This document shows positions 9,849-23,319 of a DNA stretch of 53,432 bases, piece after piece. Below the pieces are notes generated by a model, which ran no database searches, was not told the origin of the DNA, and saw nothing but the letters and a program-made list of their open reading frames with translations. The position numbers and the translations under genes are program-made. Source of the stretch: Proteromonas lacertae (lineage: Eukaryota); NCBI GenBank assembly GCA_002245135.1, contig NGBS01000921.1:1-53432 (forward strand), given 5' to 3'. Position 1 is the stretch's first letter, and each line of letters begins with the position of its first letter.

Positions 9849-12800
9849 ATGTCTGAATATGTTATTACAAAAATACCACTGTCAGAATCTCGAAGTGATC
9901 AAATTACATATGTATAACCTTTTTATATATCCATTAGATGTCTTCAATTACAGATTTTGAAACAGATTTTATAGATAAGCATTATAGAGTGTATAATACA
10001 GAAAGTCACTTCTGTATATCGACAATAAAACACAAAAGAAGTCTTGCACAAGTTTCATCAAAAGAAAGAACAAGAGAAGTAAATATTATATAATTATCAA
10101 TATTAGCATCTTCAGCAATGGTTTTATCCTGTTATAAATGCATTATATAATTTACATGAGAATGGGCTTTGTCACACTAGTGTGAAAGCTACAAACATAT
10201 TTGAGAGTGAAAATGGTTATATTTTATCTGATGTTGGTAAATATTACTTTTATAACAACAAAACTCTCAAAGAAAAAGGATTTAAAATACCAGAAGAAAT
10301 GATAGAAAGAAAAAGTGTTTGTTTTGAATATAAGAAAGATAATGAGATGTTGGGAGATTTATTAGAAGAATATATTATTTATAGTGAAATAGAAAATAAA
10401 GAAGATTATAATGGAATAATGAAAGAGTTAAAAGAGAGTAAAAATGATTTAGATTTATTGAATTTATTACATAAATATCAATCAATATTTCCAAAACCAT
10501 CAATCACTGTAGAAACAATCTTAAGAAGAGAATTTTACAAATTGGGTTATTTCGAATATCCTGTGATAGATAATATATCAATATCAAAATATCTTGAAAT
10601 CATAAAAAATGATATTGATGAAGAAGTAAAATACTATTTGAGTGTTTGTTTATTAAATTCAATCTCAATGAGTATATTTGTTTATTTATTTAATGTTATT
10701 AGATGAAGAAAGAAGAATAGAAATAAGTGATGAGGAATTTGTTGAATTAAAAGAAATATTCTATAAAGAGATTAAGAGAAACAATAAGAATGGATTAAAA
10801 GAATTATCAACTCCAATAAACAGAGAAATATTTGAAGAAGTATTTAAAGATAGAAATACAGAAGAAATCAATTTAAAGAAAAGTATATTTTCTATTATTG
10901 TTATAGAGATTCCATCCCTTTCAAAATATGAATGGGTTTTATTTTCAATAATATTAAGTTGTTTTGAAAATGTGAAAATATTGAATTTGGGAAGTAATTC
11001 TATAAAAATAATGAATACCAAACACATAATTCAAGGAATTCGACACTATAGTTATTTAAAGGAATTATCACTGTATAGTATATTATTTATATTATTGTTG
11101 TTATTAAAAAGGTATGTTGTTTATATACAACTCACTAAAGATTTTGTCTAATATAGTAAAAGAAAATCAAAATTTGGAGAATTTGGATATGAGAGGTATT
11201 AGAAATGTTTATTATCATTTCTTCCCAACTAAAAAATGGGAAGATGGAATAAAACAGGTTTTAGAAGATTGTCCAAATCTGACATATCTTAATATGAAAT
11301 GTATAATAATCAATATATTCTTCATTTAGATAATATTCTATCCCATTTAGATAAATCATTTGGTATTTTAGATGGAATAAAAAGAATGACTAAACTGAAG
11401 AAAATAAATTGTAGTTGTATTTTGATATAATACTATATATAGGGAATTATTTTGATGTTCCAGATGAATATGATTGTAGCAAAATGTATGATGAAGGCAT
11501 AGAGAAAAATGGGAATATATTGAGTAAAAATGATCTTAACAATCGAAATATTATCATAAATACAGGAAAATATGTAAGTGGATTGATAGAAAAATTATTT
11601 AACTTAAGAATTTTCAAATTGAAATGTATTTATTTTCTTTTATAATAATTAAATAGCTTGTACAATAACAGATAATATAATGATAGAAATATGTAAATCG
11701 TTGAATCAGTTATCTCAATTAGAAGAATTGAATTTAGAAGATAATAAATTAACTGAAAAATCAATGTATGAATTAGGAGAATGTATTTATGAAATGAGAG
11801 AATTGAGAGTATTGAATATTAGTTGTATTTTTTTGATTATCAGTATTTTAATAGATAATAGAATAAATGATAATGGAACATGTATTCTTTTTCAAAATTT
11901 CGAAAATGAAATAATCTCACCAAAATTAAATGAAATAATTATAAACAAAAATAAGATTCATTGTGAAGGGTTTTATCATTTTTTATTTTTTATTAGAAAA
12001 TACAAATCAATAACCAAATTATCTGTTAATTTTTCAAAGTGATATAGATAAAAACAATGAAATAGATATTGCTCTATTTAAAGAATCGATGAATTATCTG
12101 AAACAACTAAATAATATAGAAGAATTAACAATTTCAAGTATATCAAATAATCATTTGTATTGTAGACACCCGAATGGGTGATTCAGGAATCAAGATATTT
12201 TCTAATGTAATGAAATATTTACCAAAACTAAAATCACTTGATATTTCTTGTATATTCATAGTTGATATGTATATTATAGATACAATGATAAAATCAGATG
12301 GTTTATGTAAATTAATAAATGAGATAAGCCATAACTGTAAGAATATAGAATCGTTGTTAATAGAAGGGAATGAAATCTGTAATGAATTAGTTATAGAATT
12401 TACTAGGTTTCTATTATCAAATTTACAACTAAAGAAACTCAGTCTATCATGTATTAATTAATGATTTTATATTTTTTATTATTAGGGAATAAATTAGATA
12501 AAATCCATAGTTATGCTTTAGCAGAAGCATTTAAAAATCTTTCAAATCTTGAAGAATTCTCAGTAGATAATATAAAATATTCTCAAAATGTTCTGAAAAC
12601 ACTGTTTATATATTTGAAACAGAATAAAAAGATGAAAAAACTAACAATTGAATGTATATTATTATTTTTTATTAATTGATATTGAATAGATTGTGATTTT
12701 GATAAAAGTATGATTTTAGAGTGTGTTGAATCATTGAAACAATTTAATGATTTAAAAGAACTTACTCTTGTAGTTTGTAATATTAGATCAAAATTGATGC

Positions 12801-13400
12801 TTTATTTAAAAGATGGATTGAAAAATCTTTACAAATTAGAAATGTTAGATTTATCATGTATAAAATATTATTAATAAATTCTATTGTTTAGATAATCACA
12901 TAAATTCTGATGGAATTAATTATTTATGTGATTGTTTTGATTCACTTCAAAATCTCCTAAAACTGAAAATGGATTATAACTTATTTGGATTTACTGGAAT
13001 AAATACACTTACTAAAAATATTGGGAAATTATTAATTTTGAGAAGTTTATATATTTCAGGTAATAATTTTGGTGAAGAAGGGTTATTAGAAATACTTGAT
13101 GTTTGTGAAATTGATCATAGAAAGGCAATTCAATATTTTAATAAATACTTATATAGTAATTGTGTTGAAAAAAATCTTGATAAAATTGTGTATTTAATAA
13201 AAGGAGAAGATAGAGGAAGAAAAGCATGGTATTATTTAGAAATGGATATGTGTGATAAAAAAAAGTTTATTGCTGCAGCATACAGTGTTAATCTAAATAT
13301 AGATGATTATGGAATGGTGATATGTTCAGCTTATGGAGAGAATCCTCCTCAAGATATCAAAGATAAAATCCATCAATATTATGCATATGTTATTGATTAA
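9849..13400 (+). CDS. Degenerate pseudokinase + RNI-like LRR array + extra C-terminal domain; about 12 introns
   Basis: Spliced N-terminus has LHENGLCHTSVKATNIF...ILSDVG (decayed HRD/DFG) followed by about 20 LxxLxLxxN repeats. The LRR introns are all phase 1. One T-run frameshift lies at ~12030. Confidence 0.75.
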
Positions 13401-13689
13401 AATATTCTATTTTCTATATTGTTTATACCAAACTCATTTGATCTATATTACATATATCTGTAAACGCATTTAAGAAGAAAGCACCATATTTTATTTATGA
13501 AAAATAGTATAGAATTGTATTTAGACTTTTTTTGGTGAAAATTATGTTATACTGCAATTATACGGTATGAGCCTAAAAAATAAATAAGACACAAGAGAAA
13601 AAAGTAAAAAGGCAGAAAAGGACAAAGGAAGGAACAAAACGTAAAAGTAAGTCCTTTACCAAACTGAGAATCTAAAAACTCAAATTAGT

Positions 13690-14437
13690 TAGTATAATTC
13701 GAAGTGATATATCAATCTGTCGAAGTAGTGAACAATCAATAGATTTGGTATATGGTGATTTATTGAAAGACTATGATAATGATTTAGATAGATGTCCATA
13801 TCGATTTGCTAAATATGATTTATGTGAAAGTGATTTTCTAAAGAAGCGATTTAATATAAGTGGAATTAACAAATGGTCATGGATATGGAATAGTGTTAAT
13901 CAGTAGTGTATTTGATAATGTATAAATATATTATTATTATATATAATAAAATAGAATGATTGGAAGCCATTTATAAATGTATTAAATGAATATCGAAATC
14001 GTGTTCGAGATAAAACAACTCCTCAAATCTTAATAGTGAATAGTGTTCCATTAGGAACAGTTGGTTATAGTAAAAAGTTATGTGCATATTGTGAAAATAA
14101 TAAATTCAATAATAAAAACAAGAAAGATGTAACAACAGGAGCAAGTGATTATAATATTCGATCAAGTGCTTGTAGTCGTTGTCATGTGATAGAGAATGCA
14201 GCTGGTGAGTTATTATGTGATGGAAATGCTTATGTTTGTGTAATGAAACCTATAAATCGATATACATTGAGTGTATTGAGTGAAAGATGGTTTAAACAAG
14301 ATTTGGGGAATAGTTTAATAAGTAGTTTTGGTGAGATAGAAGGAGATGCTCGTTATGGTTTGAGATTAGGAATGACGAAAGATAATGTGATAAAAGAATT
14401 AGAGAAATGTTTGGAATTAGGTCGAGCTGGGATATAA
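13690..14437 (+). CDS. Hypothetical protein; 5' end unresolved
   Basis: Open frames at 13690-13900 and 13955-14437 flank a GT-AG intron-like segment at ~13920-13954. The start and one frame join are unclear. Confidence 0.4.
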
Positions 14438-14691
14438 CAATCAAGAGATGTAATAGAACAATAATTTTAATAGCTAATTTAATGGAATAAGCTGAAATAT
14501 TATGTACATTGGTTGGAATAGATTTTGTGAATTGAATAAACATTATATAGTATTATTATTATGAATATTATTACATATATTGTGTTTTATGTAATTATAA
14601 AAAATACAAAATGAATACACCAAATACATGTATTGAAGGTGAATATTTGCATTTTCTCTAATATTCATCAGAATTACTTTCTCTCTGCAGT

Positions 14692-16079
14692 ATGTCTCAC
14701 ATTTTTAAGAATGTATATGATGAAATGGTAGAAGATATAATTGAAAGAAAGAAATATGGTTTTGAAGATGATTATGAGTTTCAACATATGAAGAAAGACA
14801 CAGTGTGTGTTGATAGTGAAAACATATCAATGTATTTCCAAAATGCATGGTGTGTTCCTGCAGTTAGTCTTGATTTAAAAGGGAGATTTGAGGAATTGAA
14901 AGAAATCATTAAAGAAGAGAAATATGATGTGATTGTATTTGTAGAAGTATGGGTTCAAAGTTTCCGTGAAGAATTAATCAAAGAATGTGAAAATAATAAT
15001 TACCATCACTACAGCTTTGGAAGTGGAATAGGAATGCCCTTTTGGAAATATAACAATGGAAGTGGGATGATGATATTTTCAAAATTAAAAATTGCTAATT
15101 GTAAACATCATAAATATTCTGTTAATGGAATTCCACATAAATTACAACATAGTGATTATTTAGGTGGTAAAGGAGTAGGATTGTGTCGGTTAATGACAAG
15201 TGATAATAAATCAATTGATTTATATGTAACACATTTACATTCTTGTTATGAAAGTGATCATAAAGACTATTTAGGTGTCAGAAGTCTTCAAATGTATGAG
15301 TTATGTGAGTTTATTAAAGATACTCACCATCCAAATTCTTTATGTTTGTTATTAGGAGATTTGAATACTGGTGATGGTGAATTACCTTTTGAATTATTGA
15401 AAAGTAGTTTTAATGATTTAAAAGATAGTTGGTTAGAATATAATAAAGATAAAAGTATATAATTATAATTATCATCATTTATTGTTCTATAGAAATTGAT
15501 GATATATCAGGTTTCACATTTGATTGCATTGATAATACCTATAGAGATGTAAAAGAATCTCCTCAAAGATTAGATTACATATTTTATAGGAATAATCATC
15601 GCAATAATTGGTTATTGAAAGATTGTAAGATAGAAAAGAAATATTGTAGAAATGGTAAATCATTGAGCGATCATTTTGGTTTGAGTGTAAAATTTGAATA
15701 TGAAAAAATTCATGAAATAGAGAAACATAAAATATGTTCAGTAGATGATAGTTTAATTTTAAGTGAAAATGAAGATGAAAGTAATGAAGTTGAAGAAAAG
15801 AAATTATTAAAAAAAGTGAAAGAAGTTATAGAGAATGAAATACAAATCCAAAATGATTATTATAAATCAAATATGAGAAATGGAATATTCATTTATTTCA
15901 TTTCATTGTTATTGGTTGTGTTATGTGGAAATTATTTAAACAAATTTATATTGTTGATTCTATATTTATCTTCAATATACAGTATTTATATGATAGTATA
16001 TAGTTCATTGATATTAGAGAATGATATTCGACAATATCGAGAAGTAATTAATCAATTGAATATTAAGCTTATAGGATAA
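14692..16079 (+). CDS. Neutral sphingomyelinase / ISC1-like EEP-family phospholipase C with two C-terminal TM helices
   Basis: NAW, DVIVFVEVW, SGMMIFSK, DYLGGKGVG, YVTHLHS, LLGDLN, RLDYI and SDHFG motifs; intron ~15456-15492; hydrophobic C-terminus. Confidence 0.85.
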
Positions 16080-16353
16080 AATATATTATAAATATATATA
16101 TTAAACATAAATACACTTATATGAAACTGTTTGTTGTATATTGAGAATTAAAGAATATAATATACTACCTTAATTACTAAGTATGCTTAGACTCAACACA
16201 TCTATCTTTTATATTTAGCAATTTCATATATTGCTTGGACATGACTATTTTCAATAAGTTATGCTAATATATACTACTATTCATTCTATTGAATTAATAA
16301 ATATCAAACCATAGTCAAGCCTATACTCATTTCAATTAATTTTCTGCTTGAAC

Positions 16354-19300
16354 ATGTATTCCAAAGAAATAAAAATAGTATATCCTGATACAGATGAAGT
16401 TATTCAATTTGTAGGTAAAGGTGCATATGGTAAAGTGTGTTTAGTAAAACATGATAATGAAATTCAAGCTAGAAAAGAAGTAAGAAACGATAAAAACAGT
16501 GGAATTAGCGTGGATTCTTTTATTTATGAAATAGATTTATTGAAAGAGTTGAAACACAAAAATGTTGTGAAACTAGAAGACTCTTATATTGATACCAACA
16601 ATTGTGTTATTTATATTTATACCAAATATTATGAGAAAGGTGATTTATATGATATTATACACCGAAAAAGAGTAATGAATGGAATCTTTTCAAAAGCTGT
16701 ATAAACCTATAGTGTTTTATTGTTCAATAGGAAATATATAGTTATATGAAAGATTTAATAAATGGATTGAAGTATATTCACAGTAAAAGAATAATTCATA
16801 GAGATTTAAAACCAGGAAATATTTTGGTTGGTGATGATAATGAATTAATAATAAGCGATTTTGGATTAGGTTTAGATAATAAGATAATAGATTTTGATTT
16901 AAGAGGAACTCCAAATTATATAGCTCCTGAATTATGGAATGTGCAACCTCCTCCATATTCTGAAGAAAGTGATATATTTGCTTTGGGTTGTATTTTATAT
17001 GAAATATACACATTAAACATAGCTTATAATGGAAATAATACAAAAGCAATTGTGGAAAAAATAATAAGTGAAAAGGAAATGAAATTTGAAGGGTTAAGAG
17101 ATGAAAGAATAGAGTTAATCGAATACTTAATAAAAAGGATGTTAGAAAAAGATCCATATGAAAGAATAAAAATGAATGAAATAGAAGAAAAAATCAATTT
17201 GCTTTCATTTACAATAACACATCAAAAGCAAGCAATTCTTGAATTACATCCTCAATTAACTGTACATAATCCACCTATTCTTTCTTCAAATAGTCATTCT
17301 ATCTCAATTAAACATAATTCATCAACAACAGCTTTTATTAGTTATATAAATGAAATTGATTATGAATCTCTAACAGTAATTTTATATCTAAATGATGGTT
17401 ATTTAGATGAAAAAAGTATTAAAGATATAAGTGAAATGAGTGAAGAAGAATTCAATCAATTTTGGAATGATGATTATTTATTTGTATTATATATATATAT
17501 TAATGTTGTGCTGATAGATATTATTCCCCACAATTAATCAAGATAATCCTCCATTTACATTAGAAGATTCAAAAACTCTAAAATCAAATAAAGACAAGTT
17601 TTTACCATACTTAATCAAGTTATTTGGTTTGCTTATGAAAAGATATGAAAATGTTAGAAAAGATGAATTATTCATATTGGAATTATATATACTGTTTAAA
17701 GAGAAAATGGATGAAGTATTATTGATGAATTCTTTTGTTGATGATATATTGTTCTCTTTATTACCGTTTTATACTAAAGTATTTCAGCAACTTTATTTTG
17801 AATAGATTACAGAAAAAGTGGAAAAGTCTATAAATGAAGAAGATATGAAAGTTCAACATGATAATGATAAAGAAATGGTAAAAGTAATAAATGTGTGTAA
17901 AATAAAAGAAAAGAGAATATTAGATTACTATGAGAAGAATTCACTGTTGAATGAGTGGTCTTTATCCTTCATCTGTACATCTGAAATGTTTCAATTGAAG
18001 AATAATGATGAATATATGATACTTTCAAGAGATTTTTATGAAACAGATTTAAAAGAGATGATTGTGAGTAAATCCTTATCAAGAAGTGATATTTGTAATG
18101 TAATATCTTCATTATGTAATATTTTGGTGATTTTAAGTGAATGTGATTTAGCTGTAAACAATTTGAAGAGTTCAAATGTTGTATATGAAGAGGAAAATGA
18201 TAATCTAAAGCTATGTGATTTATATTTGTATTTATTAAGAAATGAAGATGATGTGAGAGTATATGGTATGTGCTTTAAAAGCCCTGAAGAGTTGAATGAA
18301 TTAGAATGTAATGATAAAAGTGTGATTTGGTCAATTGGCTGTATATTATATGAAATGATTTATAAGAAGTTACCATTTAATGAAGATGATAATATGATCA
18401 AAACTATGAATAATATTATGAATTGTAAGTACAGTTTAGATATAGAATGTGATGATTTAATGAAAGAGATGATAGAAAAGATGTTGAAAGTGAAGAGTGA
18501 GGATAGAATGAGTTTGAAAGAGGTAAAAAGAGAGATGACCAAAGTGAATGTAATATTAAAAGATGAAGATAATAGTTTAATGTTATGTAAAGAAAGAATA
18601 GAAATGTTTTTAAATTGTGATTTTATAATAGGAATATCTCCATTAAATGTTGTTTTAGTCTATTACCTCCAATATAATAAATGGGAAGATGTTAAAGATC
18701 GATGCATTGAATCATACAACAGAAAATATAATAAAAGATTGTTATGGGTATTATTAATGATTAAGTTATGTAAGGATGATGATTCGTTAAAACACAAATT
18801 AATGTATCAAATTCATCATCAATGTGACAGATATGTAGAATCTTGTTTAGATGAAATGCTATTTAATATTAATGCAAGAAAAGACGGAATAATCACTGTT
18901 GATTCTAAATGTATATGTGTTTGTGAAAAAGGTATTAGTTATTTCTTCAGATTATTAAATCTAATCAATCCAACAAAACTCAGATTTAGTATATTTTTTT
19001 AGTAGTTTTTATTTGTTTAGATTATATTAATATTCTAATTCAGCATCAACCGTTATTTGGAGAAAGTTTCTCACAATTATCATATCTTCAAGAATTGGAA
19101 TTATCAAAATGTAATCTTACTTCTAACTTCATTGAATCTTTTATTCAATCAATTCCATTCATGAAATTGAAGTTTATTAATCTTCAATGTATTATCAATA
19201 ATCTGTTGTTACTTGTATAGGTAATCCTGTTGGTGCAAAAGGATTGAAATTGTTACTTCCATATTTACAATTATTAATCAACAGTAAAAATGAATTGAAT

Positions 19301-20997
19301 CTTAGAGAAATGAATTTAAATGATGAATCAATGATATTATTATCAGAAGAATTATATAAATATCCAAATATTAATACAATAACTATTGTAGAGAATTATA
19401 ATATTCATTCAAAAGGATTAAAAGAATTGTTTTCAGTATTTCCAATTCATAAAATATACTTTTATTCTTATGTAAGCAATGCAGAATTGATTAGCTATAT
19501 CAATCTAAATGGTTTAGATATTGATGATGATATTTTCATCTCATTCGTTTCGTTAGGATCAGACATATTTAGATACATAGAATCTATTGATGTGAGTAGT
19601 ATTATTTTATATTTTTTCTAGTTGTTTAGATAATAAACTTTCATTTGAAAGTGTAAAAATGTTAATTAACAATTTATCTTCTTTTTCAAGTATTAAAAAA
19701 CTTCATTTGAATGGAAATGAAATAGGAGATGAAGGAATGAAAATCTTATCTCCACACATTCATTTACTAGAATATGGCTATGGAGTAAATTGTTCAAGTA
19801 TAATTATTTTAATTTGTTATATAATAGAAATGGAATTATCTTCAAAAGGATTAAAATATTTATTGGATGGTTTAAAACAAATGAATAAAATTATTGTAAT
19901 ACTTGATGTGAGTGACAATCGTATAGATGAAAATGGAATAGAGTATTTAGTGAAATATATTGATGAAAATGACAATATTCAAAAGATGTTTATTTATAGT
20001 ATATATGTTTAATTTTTATTTAATAGATAATCCAATTGGAAATATTGGATTCTCATTATTATTAAATAAGGTAGAAATTCTTATAAATACATACTATCCA
20101 AATGAAATTAATTTGAGTAATGCTTCAATAAATGATGAAAGTGTAATGGAATTAACAGATAAAATAAGCTCAATTAGACTATGTAAAAGAATAAACCTAA
20201 TAGGAAATATTATCAGAATGAATGGATTAAAATCTGTTTGTGAAAAATCATTAGAAAATGAAGATTATCCATTTATTGAAATGAATAATTCTTCATGGAC
20301 AAACGAAGAATTGGAGTATTACTTGAATTATTGTGTTAAAAAGATGAGAAATAAAAATGATAGATGGTTTGATTTCTCCAGTATGATATGAAATCTATAT
20401 ATTTTATATATAATGAAATAGATTTGAATATTAATGATTCTTATATTACATTAGTAAAGCAGATTGATTATAAATTTCTTGATATATCCAACAATAAAAT
20501 AACTTCTAAAGGATTAAAAGAATTAACAGATTGTTTACCAAAATATATAAAACATATTTTAATATTCAATAACCCAATAGGAGATGAAGGAGTAGAAATA
20601 ATATGTAAATATTTTCATTTGTTTGTTAATGAAAATCTGTTATTAAATATATCAAGTATTTTAATATATAATATGATTTTTGCTGTGAATAGATATTGGA
20701 ATGAGTGAAAATGGATTAATAACGCTAATGGAAAGAGTAAAATGTAGATATCAACCGCTAAAAAAGATTGATATATCAGGAAATGTATTGAATAAAAGAG
20801 AGATGAGGCTAATGACAGAAAACAAAGAAATATTTGAATGTTTGGATGAATTATCAATTACAGTAAATGAGAAAATAGATAAAGAAGAGTTAAAAATGTT
20901 ATTAGAGATATTTTCAACTGTTAATTTAATAAAATTAGATGGGATTTCAGATGAAGAAAAAAAGGAAATGTCAAAGAATTTTTATAATATTGAATAA
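16354..20997 (+). CDS. Tandem kinase-pseudokinase-LRR protein (intact NEK-like Ser/Thr kinase, pseudokinase, RNI-like LRRs)
   Basis: Kinase 1 has GKGAYG, HRDLKPGN, DFG and GTPNYIAPE. Introns at ~16699-16730, 17484-17517 and 17779-17805 join it in frame to a pseudokinase (VNNLKSSN, CDLY, FKSPEE). LRR exons with phase-1 introns follow. Confidence 0.75.
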
Positions 20998-21043
20998 TTA
21001 ATTAAACAGATAAATATATTTGGAAGATTATTATTTGTTTTAT

Positions 21044-22996
21044 TCATTTTTTATCATCATTATTTCCTTTAGTTGTGGAAATATTCCCAAATAAACTTGG
21101 TGTTGTTGTGTTTGATGAATTTGCAAATCCAAACACACTTGATGCTATTTTTGTAGGTTTTCTATTTCCAAATAAGCTTGAGGAAGATGTTGATGTATTA
21201 GAACTTCCAAATATACTTGAATTAGAAGAAGTTGAAGGATTTATATTTCCAAATAAACTTGAAGTAGTAATGGATGTAGTAGAATTACTAAATAAGCTAG
21301 ACATAGATGTAGTGTTTGATGTATTACTATTTCCAAATAAGTTTGATGTATTACTTCCAAACAAACTATTAATTTGACGTTTTACAATTTCTAATTCAAT
21401 TTCAATACTAGTTTTGAATGGATTTCTATAATGTATTGTACATTTCCCATTATACTCTTCTTTTGCTATTCCACTTATTAATCCAGAATAATAATCAATT
21501 GATAAACCTTCTGGTAATTCACAAGTAAAACAAGACGCAAATCCTTTCACTTGTACCATAAATATTGAATTTTCACCAACCGTAAAAGTTGATTTAATTC
21601 TACCATCTGATGAAAGGTCATGATAATTTCTATAAATATTGCCTATTTCTGTTTCTAAAATGTCATAATCACTATCACCATAACACTTATAATTATCAGA
21701 ATATTTTAGTAATAATAATAGTTTAGAATAAAACTGTTCCTGTTTTGATTTATCTTGTATTAGTGAACAATATAATGACATTAATATAAATGCTTCTTTA
21801 CTCTCATCAACTATTTTATTCATACCATATATATCACAGTTATAGCAATATGCTAGATGTTTCGATACTGTTCTTTTGTTTTCTTTGGATAAAGATGAAT
21901 AATCTTTTAATAGAACATGTTTCACTTTCTTTAATAAATTTATGTCAACTATAAGAAGAATATAAGATTAGAACAAGAATGATAATATTAAATACTTAAT
22001 CTCAAATTATAAAATGTCAAATCAGAACAAATCTTTATCAATTCATCAATATTATTATTCTCCATACAACTCTTAATTGATTCTGAGATATAATTTGGAT
22101 TATATAAATCTCTACTTTCTAATCTAGACTTATACTCATGATGAATTGACATAGATGACTCTATCAATTCATTATAACCAACTGGAGGAATAAATTCTAT
22201 ATTCTCTTTTTTAATATAACTCATATTTATCTCTTTCCAGTTTATATGATTTAATATCTCAATTTTCTTTTCGTCAAATCCCAAATCATTATTTTCATCG
22301 TCATTATTATCATCATTTACTTTTCTTTTATTATTCTTTTCGTTATTTAGCCAATAACAGACATTATTAAATAATTCACTTTCATCTTCAATTAATAGAT
22401 CTTCTTGGTTTAGAATATACAATAAACTGTTGTAACTCAATTTCAATATCGTTTCTAATGAATATATTTAAACATCATATATATAAATACTTTCGTTTAA
22501 TAAATCACTAGTCATTTCATTGATTTTTTCTTTTATTAATTCTTGGATTCTTACACAGCATTCAGCTTTTAATATCACATTACAGTTAAGTATATTCACA
22601 AATAAATCAATGTTAAAGTTATCTACTATATAATCGCTGCAATAATCTGTCAAAGTTTTTTCATCATAATATATACACGTTTTTAATAACTCAATCACAT
22701 TCTCATTGTTTATTTCGATTTCTCCATATCCATAATACGTTATTAACATCTTAACACTTTCAATTGTGCATTTTGAATTGAGTAATAATTCACCATTTTC
22801 ATTTAAAGAATCATTCAGTAATTTTGAGAATAGAGAATTTTGAGTACATAACAGACTTTTAACACATTTCAAATCATCTTTGCCTATTTTCAATTTCATA
22901 TCGTCATATCCTTTTTCACTTAACAAGTTTATTATTCTAAAGCAAGCTAAAAAACTAAAAATACCCTGTAGTAGGAACAGATTGCTTGACTTTCAT
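21044..22996 (-). CDS. BTB/POZ-BACK protein with Ig-like repeat and SLFG-repeat tail
   Basis: YDDMKLKIG...YYGYGEIEINNENVIELL BTB, DESELFNNVCYW BACK, ELPEGLSIDYYSGLISG Ig-type motif and about 8 S-[LIV]-F-G-type repeats. Three introns join the ORFs (first at 22937-22964). Confidence 0.75.
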
Positions 22997-23319
22997 GATC
23001 GATGGTAATTGAAATTATATAAAGTTGGTTTTCACACTCAAAAATCAAAAAAACAGAGTTGATTATGAAACAACTATATTTTTAAAAATAATTGGACAGG
23101 AATTATCACAATAAAAGGATAAATATCTTTGTAATATTATAAACACATTTATTGCTAATATTTTAAGAAGCTTAATAGGAACCAAAGGTAGTGTGCGTTT
23201 AATTACTCTACAAATGTATATATGATAGGTTAAAAGAATAAATTGTTGTAATCTTATATGAAAATCCCCAATAAACATCAAAACATTAACTATTTCATTA
23301 AGAAAATGAGTTAATTAAC

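Noticed and set aside
21075..21377. Repetitive plus-strand ORF (FPNKL repeats)
   Set aside because: It is the antisense shadow of the SLFG repeats in the BTB gene.
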